Shown: positions 1 to 10,916, counted from the first letter of the stretch. The stretch is DNA of 64,000 bases from Gemmatimonadota bacterium (GCA_965116475.1 OZ220691.1:3520001-3584000), one strand, 5' to 3'. Notes: generated by a model not told the origin, from the sequence alone. Translations and numbers: made by a program.

Positions 1-1
1 G

Positions 2-697
2 AGATCGGGAGGCATCGGGTGGCTGCGGCCGGACGGGAAGGCACAGGTGTCGGTCGAATACCGGGACGGGGAACCGGCGAGGATCACCACGGTGGTCGTC
101 TCGGCCCAGCACGACGGCGACGTCGCGCAGGAAGAAATCGAGGCGGCGATCCGGGAGGAAGTCATCGGGCCCGTCCTGCCGGACGACCTTTACGACGAAG
201 ACGGGGCGCAGTGCCACATCAACCCGACGGGCCGGTTCGAGATCGGCGGGCCACAGGGCGATGCCGGCCTCACCGGGCGGAAGATCATCGTGGACACATA
301 CGGCGGCGTGGGCCGGCACGGCGGCGGCGCCTTTTCGGGGAAGGACCCGTCGAAGGTCGACCGCTCGGCGGCGTATGCGGCCCGCTGGATCGCCAAGAAC
401 CTCGTCGCGGCGGAACTCGCGCGCCGCGCCGAAGTCCAGCTCGCCTACGCCATCGGCGTCGAGGAGCCGGTCAGTGTGATGGTCGACACCTTCGGCACGG
501 GACGCCGGCCGGACGACGAACTCGCACGGCGGGTGACGGAGGTTTTCGACCTGCGGCCGCGAGCCATCATGGAGCGGCTCGGACTCCGGAAGCCGATCTA
601 CCGCCGGACCGCCGCCTACGGACACTTCGGTCGCGAGCCGGAGGGCGACGCGTTCACGTGGGAGAGAACCGATCGGACCGATGCCCTCGCCGGCTAG
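2..697 (+). CDS. metK: S-adenosylmethionine synthetase, 5'-truncated by window edge
   Basis: Open frame from base 2; motifs [48 protein letters not shown]. Confidence 0.97.
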   Translation, partial: RSGGIGWLRPDGKAQVSVEYRDGEPARITTVVVSAQHDGDVAQEEIEAAIREEVIGPVLPDDLYDEDGAQCHINPTGRFEIGGPQGDAGLTGRKIIVDTYGGVGRHGGGAFSGKDPSKVDRSAAYAARWIAKNLVAAELARRAEVQLAYAIGVEEPVSVMVDTFGTGRRPDDELARRVTEVFDLRPRAIMERLGLRKPIYRRTAAYGHFGREPEGDAFTWERTDRTDALAG

Positions 698-715
698 CCA
701 GCGGAGGGGGGTGGA

Positions 716-1255
716 ATGACGGAGTCCGGGATGCGGGAGGTCGCCGTGGCCAGCCTCGGACTCGACAAGACGACGGGCGCCCCCGTCGTCATTCTCAGGG
801 AGAAGGACGGTGAGCGCTTCCTCCCGATCTGGATCGGACCCGGCGAGGCCTCGGCCATCGCGATGGAACTCGCCGGAGTCCAGTTCACGCGCCCCCTCAC
901 GCACGATCTCTTCAACGCCGTGGTGCGCGGGCTTGACAGCACCTTCGTCCGCGTACTCATCACGAAGGTCGTCGACAACACCTACTACGCGTCGCTCGTA
1001 TTCCGGCGAGAGGACGAGTTCATCTCCATCGACGCCCGTCCCAGCGACAGCATCGCGCTGGCGCTTCGCGCCGGGGTCCCGATTCATGCGGCGGAGAGTC
1101 TCCTCGAAGCGAGCGCGTTCGAGATCGAGGAGACCGGAGTGGCCGAGGGAGAGGCGCCGTCTCCCGGGGCCGGGCCATCCCGAGCCCCGGAGGAGCCGCT
1201 GAGCGACTACCTCAAGGGGTTGGATCCTGAGGACTTCGGCCGTTTCGAGCCCTGA
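716..1255 (+). CDS. Bifunctional nuclease family protein (DUF151)
   Basis: LPIWIGPGEASAI, RPLTHDL and DARPSDSIALA motifs. Confidence 0.92.
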   Translation: MTESGMREVAVASLGLDKTTGAPVVILREKDGERFLPIWIGPGEASAIAMELAGVQFTRPLTHDLFNAVVRGLDSTFVRVLITKVVDNTYYASLVFRREDEFISIDARPSDSIALALRAGVPIHAAESLLEASAFEIEETGVAEGEAPSPGAGPSRAPEEPLSDYLKGLDPEDFGRFEP

Positions 1256-1509
1256 AGGGCGCGGCCTGCCGGAACGCCGTTTCCCGCGTGTCGCCGGGAG
1301 CCGACGAGCGGCGCTTCGTCGCCAATAGTGGCCCTCCAAACGTTATTCTGAGGGAAGCTCGGTGACCCGGACGGCCGGTGCGGCGTCCGCTTGCCGTTCA
1401 CGACCCGCGAGCGGACCTTGCCGGGAAGCACCCAACCGCCGCGATACGGCCGGCTCCCGGTCGGCGATCGGTCGCGGGCCGCACAGGCTGGGCATCAGAG
1501 GAGCGGATC

Positions 1510-2646
1510 ATGCGGAGACGTAGCCGGATACAGATTGGCACCCTGGCGGTCCTCGCCGGGTGTGGCGGCTCGAACGGGACGGGCCCGGATGAGCCCGACA
1601 TCGTAACCCCCGAGCGGTCGGAGTTCGCCGTGCTCAACTCCATCTCGGGGACCCTGCAGCAGTTCAACAGGATCGGTGGCGAGATCGTCCCCTTCGGGCC
1701 TGACATCCAGATGGGGGCGGGGTTCACGGGCCGGACCGCGGATTTCATTCAGGATCTGTGGGTGACGGCGTGGGACACTCCGGAGGGGAGCAACGTCCTC
1801 TTCGGGTCATTCTCGACCGACGAACGGACGACGGCCGCGTTTCCGAACAACGCCATCGTGGACCCGGGCAAACCCACCGTGATCTTCGATGCGGGCGGCA
1901 CCGTCGGGGCGCTCATCCCCGCCCGGGCACTGGATGCGGTGTACGTGGCCTTCCCCGGCACTCCGATGGCGCAGATTGCGGTCGAGGCGGTGGGCACCTT
2001 CGTGGAGAGGGTGATCCCGGCGGGGCAGTTCCTGGTCTCCGTCGACGGCAACCTCGACGACGAGGACGGCGGAAGGGAGCCCCTCGGCCCGCCCCGCATC
2101 GTCCTCCACGAGTTCATCAGCGGCAGCTACTTCGATGAGTTGAGGCTTCCGGAAGGCACCGTCGGGGTCACCGAGGCCGTCGTGCTCGAAGACAACATGC
2201 TCCTGCTGGCCGGCGGCGGGGTCGATCCGCTGACCTCCGCCCCGCAGGGGGACGGGAATCTCGTCGAGATCGACATGTCGGCCCGGAGCGTGCAGGACGT
2301 GAACGCCCTCGGCGGAAACGGAATCTCCATGGAAGCCGGGCGCGACGGGCTCGTCTACGTCGTGCGAACGAAGCACGTCGAAGCGGCGGAGACGGACGTG
2401 CTGACGTTCAGTTTTGCGGTTCGGTCATGGGTGAACGGGCCGGAAAACCCGATCCAGCCGCGCGACCGCGACGGCTCGAATCTCAGCTGCCGGGTCGCGG
2501 CCGGATTCCTGGACGGCCAGATCCTCTGCGCCACCTACGTGGCCGCGGGCCAGGGACGCCTCGTTCTCCTCTCGGCCGAGGGCGAGTTCATCGACGAGGC
2601 GCCGATCGGGGCGGGAACGACCGATATTCTGCTTCGACCCGGCTGA
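1510..2646 (+). CDS. Hypothetical lipoprotein, probably beta-propeller-like
   Basis: GAGGAG upstream of ATG 1510; basic N-terminus and lipobox LAGC; beta-rich repeated segments. Confidence 0.7.
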   Translation: MRRRSRIQIGTLAVLAGCGGSNGTGPDEPDIVTPERSEFAVLNSISGTLQQFNRIGGEIVPFGPDIQMGAGFTGRTADFIQDLWVTAWDTPEGSNVLFGSFSTDERTTAAFPNNAIVDPGKPTVIFDAGGTVGALIPARALDAVYVAFPGTPMAQIAVEAVGTFVERVIPAGQFLVSVDGNLDDEDGGREPLGPPRIVLHEFISGSYFDELRLPEGTVGVTEAVVLEDNMLLLAGGGVDPLTSAPQGDGNLVEIDMSARSVQDVNALGGNGISMEAGRDGLVYVVRTKHVEAAETDVLTFSFAVRSWVNGPENPIQPRDRDGSNLSCRVAAGFLDGQILCATYVAAGQGRLVLLSAEGEFIDEAPIGAGTTDILLRPG

Positions 2647-2718
2647 CCGCGTCCGGGCGAGCGCCTCGCAGCTCTCGGCGCCGACGCGGGGTCTTGTCAC
2701 GGACTGCCAGGAGGCCGA

Positions 2719-3450
2719 GTGGGACTCGTAACGACGCGGGCGGTGGTCCTCCAGACGTACAGGTATAGCGAAACCAGCAAGATCCTGCGGCTGATGACGT
2801 GGGAAGTCGGCCCCTGTTCCGCGCTCGCCCGCGGGGCGCTGCGCCCTCGAAGCCGTTTCGGAGGCCTGCTGGAACCCTTCGTGGAAGGGGAGGCGACGTT
2901 CTACAGCCGGCAGGGACGCGATCTGCATACCCTCTCCAACTTCGAACTCCTCCGCGACCGGAGAGGACTCGACCGCTCGATCGAACTCTTCACGATCGCA
3001 TCCGTCCTCTGCGAGCTCGTCATGCGCCTCGCCCCGGAGCACCGCGACGCGGAACTGTACCGAACGCTGACGGAGGGTCTCGACGGACTCCATGGCCGGG
3101 TCCGGAAGGGGGCGGCGACCGGCGGGCTCGAGTACGTCTGGGGTGTGGTCAACGCCCTCGGCTTCCGCCCCGAGATCGAACATTGCGTCGGCTGCCGGAA
3201 TCCCATCGGGGCAGCGGGCGTGCGCTTCGACTTCGAGGCCGGCGGGCTTCGCTGCGGCTCGTGCGGGTCGGTCGGGCCGGGACTCGATCCCGCGGAGCTC
3301 GATGCCCTGCGGCGTCTGGTATCCGGCGGGCCGGCGGAACGGAGCCGCGCCAACGGTCGCCAGGGGCGCTGGGTGGCCGAGTTCATCCGGCACCACGTGG
3401 CCGAGGGGGCACAATTGAAGTCCCTGCCATTCCTCAGTCGGCTGGGCTGA
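2719..3450 (+). CDS. recO: DNA repair protein RecO
   Basis: N-terminal YSETSKI...ARGA..RSRFGGLLEPF; C4 zinc finger CVGC...CGSC. Confidence 0.93.
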   Translation: MGLVTTRAVVLQTYRYSETSKILRLMTWEVGPCSALARGALRPRSRFGGLLEPFVEGEATFYSRQGRDLHTLSNFELLRDRRGLDRSIELFTIASVLCELVMRLAPEHRDAELYRTLTEGLDGLHGRVRKGAATGGLEYVWGVVNALGFRPEIEHCVGCRNPIGAAGVRFDFEAGGLRCGSCGSVGPGLDPAELDALRRLVSGGPAERSRANGRQGRWVAEFIRHHVAEGAQLKSLPFLSRLG

Positions 3451-3480
3451 GCGCCCCGTGAACCGACCGGTGAGCGCACC

Positions 3481-5403
3481 GTGAGCGAGGGCGCAAAGGA
3501 GGGCGTGAGCGAACGGCGCGGGATCGTGATCGGCACGGCCGGCCATGTGGATCACGGCAAGACCGCCCTCGTGCGGGCGCTGACGGGGATCGAGACGGAC
3601 CGCTGGCTGGAGGAGCGGAAGCGGGGACTGACGATCGACCTGGGCTTCGCGCGGCTCGACCTCGATCCCGGCCTGGAGACGGGGATCGTCGACGTCCCGG
3701 GGCATGAGGACTTCCTCAAGAACATGCTCGCCGGCGCCACGGGCATCGACGCCCTCCTCCTCGTCGTGGCGGCGGACGAAGGGCCGATGCCGCAGACGCA
3801 CGAACACCTTGCGATCGCGCGTCTCTTGAACATCCGGCGCGGGGTCGTCGCGCTTACGAAGCGCGACCGGGTGGATGAGGACTGGCTCGAGCTCGCGAGC
3901 GAGACGACCCGGGAAGTGCTGGATGAGGATCCCGCGCGGGCGTCATGGGAGATCGTGCCGGTCTCCGCCCTGACGGGCGACGGGATCGAGCCCCTGCGGG
4001 CCGCGCTGCGCAGATCGACGGCGGGGATCCGCGCGCGCCACGTCGATGACCGTTTTCGCCTCCCGGTCGACCGTTCGTTCTCGATCCGCGGTACCGGTAC
4101 CGTGGTGACCGGCACTGTGTGGAGCGGCGCCGTCCGCGTGGGCGACACCGTGAACGTTTTTCCCGGGGGTGACTCGGCCCGCGTGCGCGCGCTCCAGGTG
4201 CACGAAGACCCTCGTCGGCGCGTCACCGCCGGCCGCCGGTGCGCCGTCGCACTCGTCGGCGTCACGCCGGTCGCGGTGGAGCGGGGCAGCGTGCTCGTGG
4301 ACCCGTCCGAGTGGACGCCGAGCGAGCGTCTCGGCGTCCGGGTACGGGCGCTCGGGAGTCGCGACCGGCCTCTCCACCATGGACAGCGTCTCAGGGTCTA
4401 CCTGGGCACTCGTGAAGTCATGGCCCGGCTCCAAACGGTTGATCGCCGGCCCGTCGCACCCGGGGCGACTGCCTGGGCCGTGCTTGCCCTCGAGGCGCCG
4501 CTCCTCGCGCGGACCCGCGACCGGGCCATCCTCCGCTTCTACTCGCCGGTGACGACGATCGGCGGGATACGCGTGGCGGAACCGAACCCGCCGCCCGACT
4601 GGTCGGCGCGGACGGAAGCCTGGCGGCGGATTCTCGATGGCGCCCCGGCCGAGGCGGTCGGCGCGGCCGTAGCGCTGGAGGGCCTGCGCGGGCTCCCCGT
4701 CGCGACATCATCGATCCGCCTCGGATGGCGAGCTCCCACGCTCGAGACGGCCGCCGAGGAGGCCGGCTGCGTGCGCATCGGCGAGCGCTGGTTCGCCGCC
4801 GATGCGGTGGCGGAGGCCATGGAGGTCGTGGAGGAAAGCATGGCCCGCCTCCACGCCGCGGACCGCCGTGCCCCCGGCGTTTCGAAGGAGGCCGTGCGCT
4901 CGGCGATGGCGCCGGTCTGCGATCTCGCACTGGCGGAGACCGCCCTCCGCCGACTCCTCGCGGATCGTCGCCTCCTCGAGCGCGGCCCGCAGCTCGCGCT
5001 TCCGGGCCATGGGCCCCGCCTCACTCCGCGCGAGGAAGAGGGGCGCCGGCTACTCGCCGGGACGATCGAAGCCGCCGGGCTGCAGCCGCCGCTCGTCACG
5101 GAACTGGGGAAGACGGTGCACCTGGACCGTGCCGTGCTCGATGACCTTCTCCGGCTGCTGCAGGAATCCGGCATGACGAAGGCCGTGACGCCCGAACTGC
5201 ACGTCGCCGCCGGGGCTCTGGAGGCGATGGAGGCGCGGGTGCGAGAGCTGCTCGCCGATGGCGCGCCGGCCCCTCCCGCGCGGTTCAAGGAAGCGTTCGG
5301 GCTCTCCCGGAAGTACCTGATTCCGCTCCTCGAATACCTGGACCGGGAAGGCGTGACCCGTCGAACCGCGGAAGGGAGAGTTCTCGCCCGCCCGCCCGGC
5401 TGA
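3481..5403 (+). CDS. selB: Selenocysteine-specific elongation factor (start may be GTG 3505)
   Basis: [30 protein letters not shown]-terminal winged-helix [14 protein letters not shown]. Confidence 0.96.
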   Translation: MSEGAKEGVSERRGIVIGTAGHVDHGKTALVRALTGIETDRWLEERKRGLTIDLGFARLDLDPGLETGIVDVPGHEDFLKNMLAGATGIDALLLVVAADEGPMPQTHEHLAIARLLNIRRGVVALTKRDRVDEDWLELASETTREVLDEDPARASWEIVPVSALTGDGIEPLRAALRRSTAGIRARHVDDRFRLPVDRSFSIRGTGTVVTGTVWSGAVRVGDTVNVFPGGDSARVRALQVHEDPRRRVTAGRRCAVALVGVTPVAVERGSVLVDPSEWTPSERLGVRVRALGSRDRPLHHGQRLRVYLGTREVMARLQTVDRRPVAPGATAWAVLALEAPLLARTRDRAILRFYSPVTTIGGIRVAEPNPPPDWSARTEAWRRILDGAPAEAVGAAVALEGLRGLPVATSSIRLGWRAPTLETAAEEAGCVRIGERWFAADAVAEAMEVVEESMARLHAADRRAPGVSKEAVRSAMAPVCDLALAETALRRLLADRRLLERGPQLALPGHGPRLTPREEEGRRLLAGTIEAAGLQPPLVTELGKTVHLDRAVLDDLLRLLQESGMTKAVTPELHVAAGALEAMEARVRELLADGAPAPPARFKEAFGLSRKYLIPLLEYLDREGVTRRTAEGRVLARPPG

Positions 5404-5426
5404 GCCGGACGCGGCTCAATCCGGGG

Positions 5427-5783
5427 TCAGCCGACGTGGTAGAGGAAACAGCCGCAGTACTCGCACGATTCGACGCGGAGATTCCGATCCGCCTCGGAGG
5501 CGCGGGCCGTGGACACCGCTACGAAGCAGCCGTAGCAGATGCCGTTGATGACCGGCGCGACGACGCGCGGCGCCTTGTCCGCGATGCGGCGATAGCGCTC
5601 CCGGATACCCCGCGTCAGCCGCTCCGCGAGTTCCTCGACCTTCTCGTCGAGCGATCGGATCGCGTCCTCGATCTTGATGTCGAAGACCTCCGCCTCGAGG
5701 TCCGTCAGCGTTCCATCCGTGAGACCCCGACGCTGCATTCGCAGGTCCTGGATCTCAAGCAGCAGTTCGAGTTGCTGGTCCAC
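5427..5783 (-). CDS. Coiled-coil protein with C4 zinc ribbon (DUF164-like)
   Basis: GTG overlapping the ptsN stop; LLEIQDL start; CYGC...CEYC. Confidence 0.8.
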   Translation of the reverse strand: MDQQLELLLEIQDLRMQRRGLTDGTLTDLEAEVFDIKIEDAIRSLDEKVEELAERLTRGIRERYRRIADKAPRVVAPVINGICYGCFVAVSTARASEADRNLRVESCEYCGCFLYHVG

Positions 5784-6235
5784 TAGAGATCCTTCGCGTC
5801 GAGCAACTCGATGAACTCTTCGGGGCTCGATATGCGGGCAAGCCGTTCCGGCACGTCGGCCTCCTTGCCGAACTGCGCGATCTTGCCGAGCACCGGGAGA
5901 TACTGATTCGAGACCTCCAGCGGCGGCGCGACGATGAGGAAGACGTACCGGACGGGTTTCTCGTCGATCGCCTTGAAGTCGAGACCCGAGAGCTTTCGGC
6001 CGAACGCGACCCTCAACCGGGTCACGACGAGCGAACGGCAGTGGGGGATCGCGATTCCGCGGCCGATCCCGGTCGAACCGAGATTCTCCCGCCGCTTCAA
6101 CATCTTGTAGAGGATTCCTTCGGACTTTCCGTCGAGGCCCATACACGACACGAGTTCCTTCAGGGCCTCATCCTTCGTCTCGGCCGCCAGGTCGAGTTTG
6201 ACGGCGGACGGGACGAACAATTCGCTGAGCTGCAC
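5783..6235 (-). CDS. ptsN: PTS EIIA component (Ntr/Fru-type)
   Basis: RENLGSTGIGRGIAIPH phospho-His motif. Confidence 0.88.
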   Translation of the reverse strand: MQLSELFVPSAVKLDLAAETKDEALKELVSCMGLDGKSEGILYKMLKRRENLGSTGIGRGIAIPHCRSLVVTRLRVAFGRKLSGLDFKAIDEKPVRYVFLIVAPPLEVSNQYLPVLGKIAQFGKEADVPERLARISSPEEFIELLDAKDL

Positions 6236-6427
6236 TTGGATCTATATCTCCTCCCCGCGAGCGCGGGGCGCATATCGAATCAACGGGAACCGGCGCCGCC
6301 GGACCCGGCAAACTCCGAGTATACCCGTGCCGGTTTCCGGCTGTCAAAGAACCTCCGGGGACGCTCCCGGAACTTGCGTTGCACGCCGGGATAAACGACC
6401 GTGTGGGGTTAGCCTTTGCGAGTATCA

Positions 6428-6798
6428 GGGGGCGACACGGCTTCGACGCGTGAACCGGAAGCCGCGGAAGCGTGCCGAGGTGCCCGGGGCCTCGTTAAAC
6501 ACCGGGAAACCTTTAGGTGCCAACGACGGTTTGGCTCTGGCTGCGTAAAACCACGTAGCCCGTCCCCGAGAGGTCCGGGCCCGAGGACCTCCCGACGGAC
6601 GTCGATGAATCGGGCTGGTCACCCCGGCGTGCCGTGAGCCGCGGGTGACGAGAGCACGGCGAGAGCCGCGCGCACGGCTGGTTTCGCAAGGGTTTGTTCG
6701 TGAACCCTCGCGGGACGAGACCTGATCACGGACTACGCACGTAGATGCCGTGGCGGATGGGCTCGCGGACGCGGGTTCGATTCCCGCCGCCTCCACTA
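6428..6798 (+). ncRNA. ssrA: tmRNA; tag peptide (A)ANDGLALAA encoded at 6519-6548
   Basis: 5' GGGGGCGACACGGCTTCGAC; 3' GACGCGGGTTCGATTCCCGCCGCCTCCA; internal tag ORF ending ALAA-stop. Confidence 0.97.
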
Positions 6799-6821
6799 TT
6801 GCCATGAGTGCAGTGCTCCGC

Positions 6822-6861
6822 CCGGGGCGCCTCCCTTTCCGGGAGCGCCTCGGCTTTTTTT
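6822..6861 (+). terminator. Intrinsic terminator after ssrA
   Basis: GC-rich hairpin followed by T7 run. Confidence 0.7.
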
Positions 6862-6896
6862 GCGGCCGGCCCGTCAACGGGTCGAGGAGGTTCCGG

Positions 6897-7364
6897 ATGA
6901 TCGAAGAACTGCAGCGCAAGATCGGGGACGAAGCGGAGACGCTCCTCCACGAGCTGAACGTCATCCTTCCGAAAGAGATCGAGAAGGCCGTCGCCCAGGG
7001 CGATTTGCGGGAGAACTCCGAATACACCGCCGCCCTGGAGCGGCAGGGCTTCGTGCGGGCGCGGCTCGACTACCTGGCGCGCCGAATGTCGCAACTCGGC
7101 GAACTCGATATCGATAACATCCCGACGGACCGGGTCGGGTTCGGTTCGCGGGTCGCGGTGCGCGACCTCGAGGACGACGAGGTCGAATCCTTCAACCTCA
7201 CGATCGGCGACGACGTCGACATTGAAAACAACGACATCTCGATGGAATCGCCCATCGGCCGCGCACTCCTGGGCAGGAGGAAGGGCGAATTCGTGAGCGT
7301 GAGGCTCCCCGCCGGCGCTCGCGAGTTTGAGGTCGTCGATTTCGAGACGCTGCACGACCTCTAG
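6897..7364 (+). CDS. greA: Transcription elongation factor GreA
   Basis: GDLRENSEY and ISMESPIGRALLG motifs; GAGGAGG RBS. Confidence 0.93.
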   Translation: MIEELQRKIGDEAETLLHELNVILPKEIEKAVAQGDLRENSEYTAALERQGFVRARLDYLARRMSQLGELDIDNIPTDRVGFGSRVAVRDLEDDEVESFNLTIGDDVDIENNDISMESPIGRALLGRRKGEFVSVRLPAGAREFEVVDFETLHDL

Positions 7365-7394
7365 CAGTCCGTCGCTCCGGGCCGGGCGCCGGTC

Positions 7395-8375
7395 CTAGAA
7401 GACCCGGATCGGCGGGATGAACCTGCCCGGGTCGGCCCGCACCTCGGCGAGGAACACGTTCAGGTCCACCACGATCTTGAGGAACTCCTCGTATAGCGTC
7501 GCATCGGCGAGGAGTTGCCCGACCGCCCCTTCGCCGTTTTCGATGAGGCTCAGGATGGAGTTGGCCCGGGTCGCCGAGGAAGCGAGCGCGCGATACAGGG
7601 AGTCCGACGCCAGCAGACGCCCAAGCGTCCCTTCGCCCGCCGCCAGCGCCCCCGTCACCGTGTCGAGGCGGGCGGTGGAGGACACGAGGCCATCGTAAAA
7701 CTCCTCATCCACAAGCAGGCGGGCCAGCGAGCCTTCCCCGTCCGCGATCGGACCCAGGACGGCCGCGAGGTTCTCGTTGAGTTCGACGAGGCCGTCGTAG
7801 AGCGCTTCGTCGACGAGGAGGCGCCCAAGCGACCCCTCGCCGCTCGAGACGCGGGCCAGCGTTGCGGAAAGATCGTTCGAGAGCTGCGTGAGACCGAGGA
7901 CGGCGTCGGCCGCCTGCCCGAGGAGTTCGTCGTAGCTCAGCGCCGGCGCCGTTCCGATGGTGTCTCCGGGCACGAGGATGGCCGAATCGGGAGATCCCGG
8001 TTCGATGTCGATGAGACGGTCGCCGAGCAGTCCCTGCGTCCGCACGCGGGCTCTCGAGCCGCGCCGAACCTGCTCCCGGACCTCCACGTTGACCCCGAGC
8101 CAGACCGCGACGGCCGCTTCCGAGTCGCCGCGCTCCTCCGGCGCGATGAACTCCACGCGCTCGACCTGGCCGACGCCCCTCCCGGCCACCTGGACGGGGG
8201 CTCCGGGGCGGAGCCCGGAAGCGGACTCCATCAGCGCGACCAGCTGGTAGCGCTCGCCGAACACGTCCCCGATCCGGCCCACGAACAGCACGCACAACGC
8301 GAGCAGGACGAGGGAGACGATGAGGACGAACCCCACGCGCATCTGATCCCAGGTGATCGGCTCCGATCGTCGCAT
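7395..8375 (-). CDS. MlaD/MCE family substrate-binding protein
   Basis: N-terminal TM helix; SGLRPGAPVQVAG..VGQV; GLLGDRLIDI; repeated GEGSL(G/A)RLL helices. Confidence 0.9.
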   Translation of the reverse strand: MRRSEPITWDQMRVGFVLIVSLVLLALCVLFVGRIGDVFGERYQLVALMESASGLRPGAPVQVAGRGVGQVERVEFIAPEERGDSEAAVAVWLGVNVEVREQVRRGSRARVRTQGLLGDRLIDIEPGSPDSAILVPGDTIGTAPALSYDELLGQAADAVLGLTQLSNDLSATLARVSSGEGSLGRLLVDEALYDGLVELNENLAAVLGPIADGEGSLARLLVDEEFYDGLVSSTARLDTVTGALAAGEGTLGRLLASDSLYRALASSATRANSILSLIENGEGAVGQLLADATLYEEFLKIVVDLNVFLAEVRADPGRFIPPIRVF

Positions 8376-8420
8376 CGTATCCCTGTGCCCCTTGTCTGAC
8401 TCCTCGGCGGCCCGTCGCGG

Positions 8421-9263
8421 TTAGCCGCGGAAGGCCCGAACATAACGGTCTTCCGTGGCATGCATCTCCTCGGGCGTTCCGCTGAAGATAATCTTCCCGT
8501 CCTTCAGGAGCGCGGTCTCGGTCGCGATTCTCGCCGCAGACCGCACATCATGGGTCACGACGACCACGCAGACGTGGAGTTCCCGCCGCAGCTTCAGGAT
8601 CAGTTCGTCGATCCTCCGCGTCGTGATCGGGTCGAGCCCGCTCGTCGGTTCGTCGAAGAGGAGGATGGGCGGCCGATGCACGATCGCCCGCGCGATGGCG
8701 ACGCGTTTGCGCATGCCTCCGGACAGTGCGGACGGGAGCAGCGGGAGGACCACGCCCGGGTCGAGGTCGACGAAGGACAGCACCTCCTCGACCCGCTCCC
8801 GGATTTCGTCGTCCGCCAGCTTCGTATGCTCGTAGAGCGGAAAGGCCACGTTGTCGAACACGTTCAGGGAATCGAACAGCGCCGAGCCCTGGAACACCAT
8901 CCCCATGCGTTCGCGCAGGGCCAGAGCCTCCGGCCGGGACACCGCGCTGATGTCGCGTCCTTCGATGAGGACCTCGCCGCGGTCGGGGAGGAGGAGCCGG
9001 AGCATGAGGCGCAGGATCGTCGACTTCCCGACCCCCGACCCGCCGAGGATGCAGAGGGTCCCGCCGCGCGCGACGCCGAGCGAAACGCCGCGCAGCACCT
9101 CGTGGTGTCCGAACGAGAGCCAAACGTCCCGAAGCTGGACGATGTCGGGCTGCCCGGACCCGCCTCCGTGGGTCTCGAGTTCGCGGCGAATCTCGTCGCG
9201 CAACTCCGCCTCGAAGGCCTCGCTTCCCGGCTCCGGCGCGCCGGCGGGCGTGCGGTCGCTCAT
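8421..9263 (-). CDS. MlaF-like ABC transporter ATP-binding protein
   Basis: GGSGVGKS, LSGGMRKRVAIARA, LLFDEPTSGLDP. Confidence 0.92.
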   Translation of the reverse strand: MSDRTPAGAPEPGSEAFEAELRDEIRRELETHGGGSGQPDIVQLRDVWLSFGHHEVLRGVSLGVARGGTLCILGGSGVGKSTILRLMLRLLLPDRGEVLIEGRDISAVSRPEALALRERMGMVFQGSALFDSLNVFDNVAFPLYEHTKLADDEIRERVEEVLSFVDLDPGVVLPLLPSALSGGMRKRVAIARAIVHRPPILLFDEPTSGLDPITTRRIDELILKLRRELHVCVVVVTHDVRSAARIATETALLKDGKIIFSGTPEEMHATEDRYVRAFRG

Positions 9264-9276
9264 CTCGGATCCTCGC

Positions 9277-10107
9277 TCACCATTGGAACGTGGTCAGCAG
9301 GATCTGCGTGAGGAAGTAATCCATCGCGAGGATGAGGATGGACGAGGTCACCACGGCCCGTGTCGTCGCGCGCCCGACGCCCTCCGTGCCGCCCTCCGCC
9401 CTGAGACCGTGGAAGCAGCTCGTGAGCGCGATGATCCCGCCGAACGCGAAGGGCTTCGCCAGCCCCTGAATCAGGTCGATGGGGATGACCGTGAGCACGA
9501 AGCCGGTCTGCGCGAGGGTTTCCCACACGGAGTTGATATAAAGCTCGGCCGTGAAGTCCAGCGTCAGCACCGCGACGAGGAGCCCGCCCAGAATGGCGAT
9601 GGCATCGCCGATGATCGTGACGACGGGGAGCATCACGAGGGCGGCCAGGAAACGCGGCACCACGAGTTTCCGGATCGGATCCACGCCCATCGTGCGGAGC
9701 GCATCGACCTGCTCCGTAACCCGCATCGCGCCCAGAGCGGCCGCCATGCCGGCCCCCGCGCGGCCGGTGACGATGAGCGCTGTGAGGACGGGGCCGAGTT
9801 CGCGGATCGTACTGGCACCCACCAGGCGGCCGATGTAGACGGTCGCCCCGAAACGCTCCATCTCCACGGCGGCCTGGAGGGCGAGCACCATCCCCGTGAA
9901 GAGGCCCGTCAGCATGACGATGAAGATCGAAGCGACGCCGATCGTGTCCATCTGCTGCACGAGGTCGCCGCGGTAGAAGGGCCGGGACAAACAGGCCCTC
10001 GCCACGCGCACGAAAAGCCTGCAATAGGCCTCGACCGCGAAGGCCATGCGGAGTACGGCATCGCGGGCGAGTCTTGCGGCGGAACGGCGGGCCGAGCCGT
10101 CGGGCAC
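9277..10107 (-). CDS. MlaE family ABC permease (start uncertain: GTG 10107 or ATG 10047)
   Basis: IRELGPVLTALIVTGRAG, MRVTEQVDAL, GGTEGVGRATT. Confidence 0.9.
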   Translation of the reverse strand: MPDGSARRSAARLARDAVLRMAFAVEAYCRLFVRVARACLSRPFYRGDLVQQMDTIGVASIFIVMLTGLFTGMVLALQAAVEMERFGATVYIGRLVGASTIRELGPVLTALIVTGRAGAGMAAALGAMRVTEQVDALRTMGVDPIRKLVVPRFLAALVMLPVVTIIGDAIAILGGLLVAVLTLDFTAELYINSVWETLAQTGFVLTVIPIDLIQGLAKPFAFGGIIALTSCFHGLRAEGGTEGVGRATTRAVVTSSILILAMDYFLTQILLTTFQW

Positions 10108-10307
10108 GATCTTTGGCGCTCTCCGGGGGATCGAAGTATGTTCGCCCGACCGCCAGAACGCGTTCGAACGCAACGACTCGCCTCCAGCGATGAGGCGTAC
10201 GGGCGAGGTTACCGGCTCCCACCGATCCGATGCAAGGCAGCGGCGACCACGCCGCGTCCTGCCCGGTGGCGACGGCCGATCGCCCGCCCCCGAAAGGAGC
10301 CTCGAGC

Positions 10308-10697
10308 ATGCAGACCGGACCGGTCCACACCGACCATGCACCCGCCGCCGTCGGCCCCTACTCTCAGGGATACTGGGCCGGCGAGCTGTTCTACTCCGCA
10401 GGGCAGGTGGGACTGGTCCCGTCCACCGGCCAACTCGTCGGCCCCGATGTCGTCTCCCAGGCGGAGCGCGCGATGACGAACCTCGCGGCCGTGCTGGACG
10501 AGGCGGGGCTGACCTTCGGAGATGTCGTGAAGACGACGATCTTCCTCGCGGACATGGGCGATTTCGGCGCCGTGAACGAGGTCTACGCCCGCCACCTCGA
10601 GCCTCCGTATCCCGCGCGCTCGACGGTGGCCGTGGGCGCGCTGCCCCTGGGGGCCCGGGTCGAGATCGAGGTGATCGCGCGCGCGCCGTCGTCGTGA
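10308..10697 (+). CDS. ridA: RidA/YjgF family enamine deaminase
   Basis: APAAVGPYSQ, VVKTTIFL, PARSTV, LPLGARVEIE. Confidence 0.92.
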   Translation: MQTGPVHTDHAPAAVGPYSQGYWAGELFYSAGQVGLVPSTGQLVGPDVVSQAERAMTNLAAVLDEAGLTFGDVVKTTIFLADMGDFGAVNEVYARHLEPPYPARSTVAVGALPLGARVEIEVIARAPSS

Positions 10698-10730
10698 GAT
10701 CGACCGGAACAACGCACGATGCGGCTGACC

Positions 10731-10826
10731 GGGAGCGGATGGTGACTGGTGTCGCCTGCGGTCTTCAAAACCGTTACGGGGCGTTCGCGCGTCCCGGGTG
10801 GGTTCGATTCCCACACGTTCCCGCCA
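10731..10826 (+). tRNA. selC: tRNA-Sec (anticodon UCA at 10765-10767)
   Basis: 96 nt; anticodon loop CTTCAAA; long variable arm; T-arm GTGGG-TTCGATT-CCCAC; G discriminator plus CCA; selB lies 5 kb upstream. Confidence 0.95.
10811..10826 (+). repeat. att core CCACACGTTCCCGCCA (tRNA-Sec 3' end)
   Basis: Identical 16-mer at 21400-21415. Confidence 0.92.
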
Positions 10827-10876
10827 GATCATTAGCGAAGTGCTCTTATAACAACGATTTACAGATGTTCAAGCGG

Positions 10877-10903
10877 GCGAGTACCCCACCGGGTACCCCA
10901 AAA
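10877..10903 (+). repeat. Left-end GTACCCCA motifs (x2), putative integrase arm-type sites
   Basis: GCGAGTACCCCA and GTACCCCAAAA; the same motif occurs three times at 21216-21266. Confidence 0.65.
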
Positions 10904-10916
10904 GTGGGAGTGTGAC

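Noticed and set aside
6428..6900. tmRNA as an integration site
   Set aside because: Followed directly by a terminator and greA; no duplicated 3' end or integrase seen
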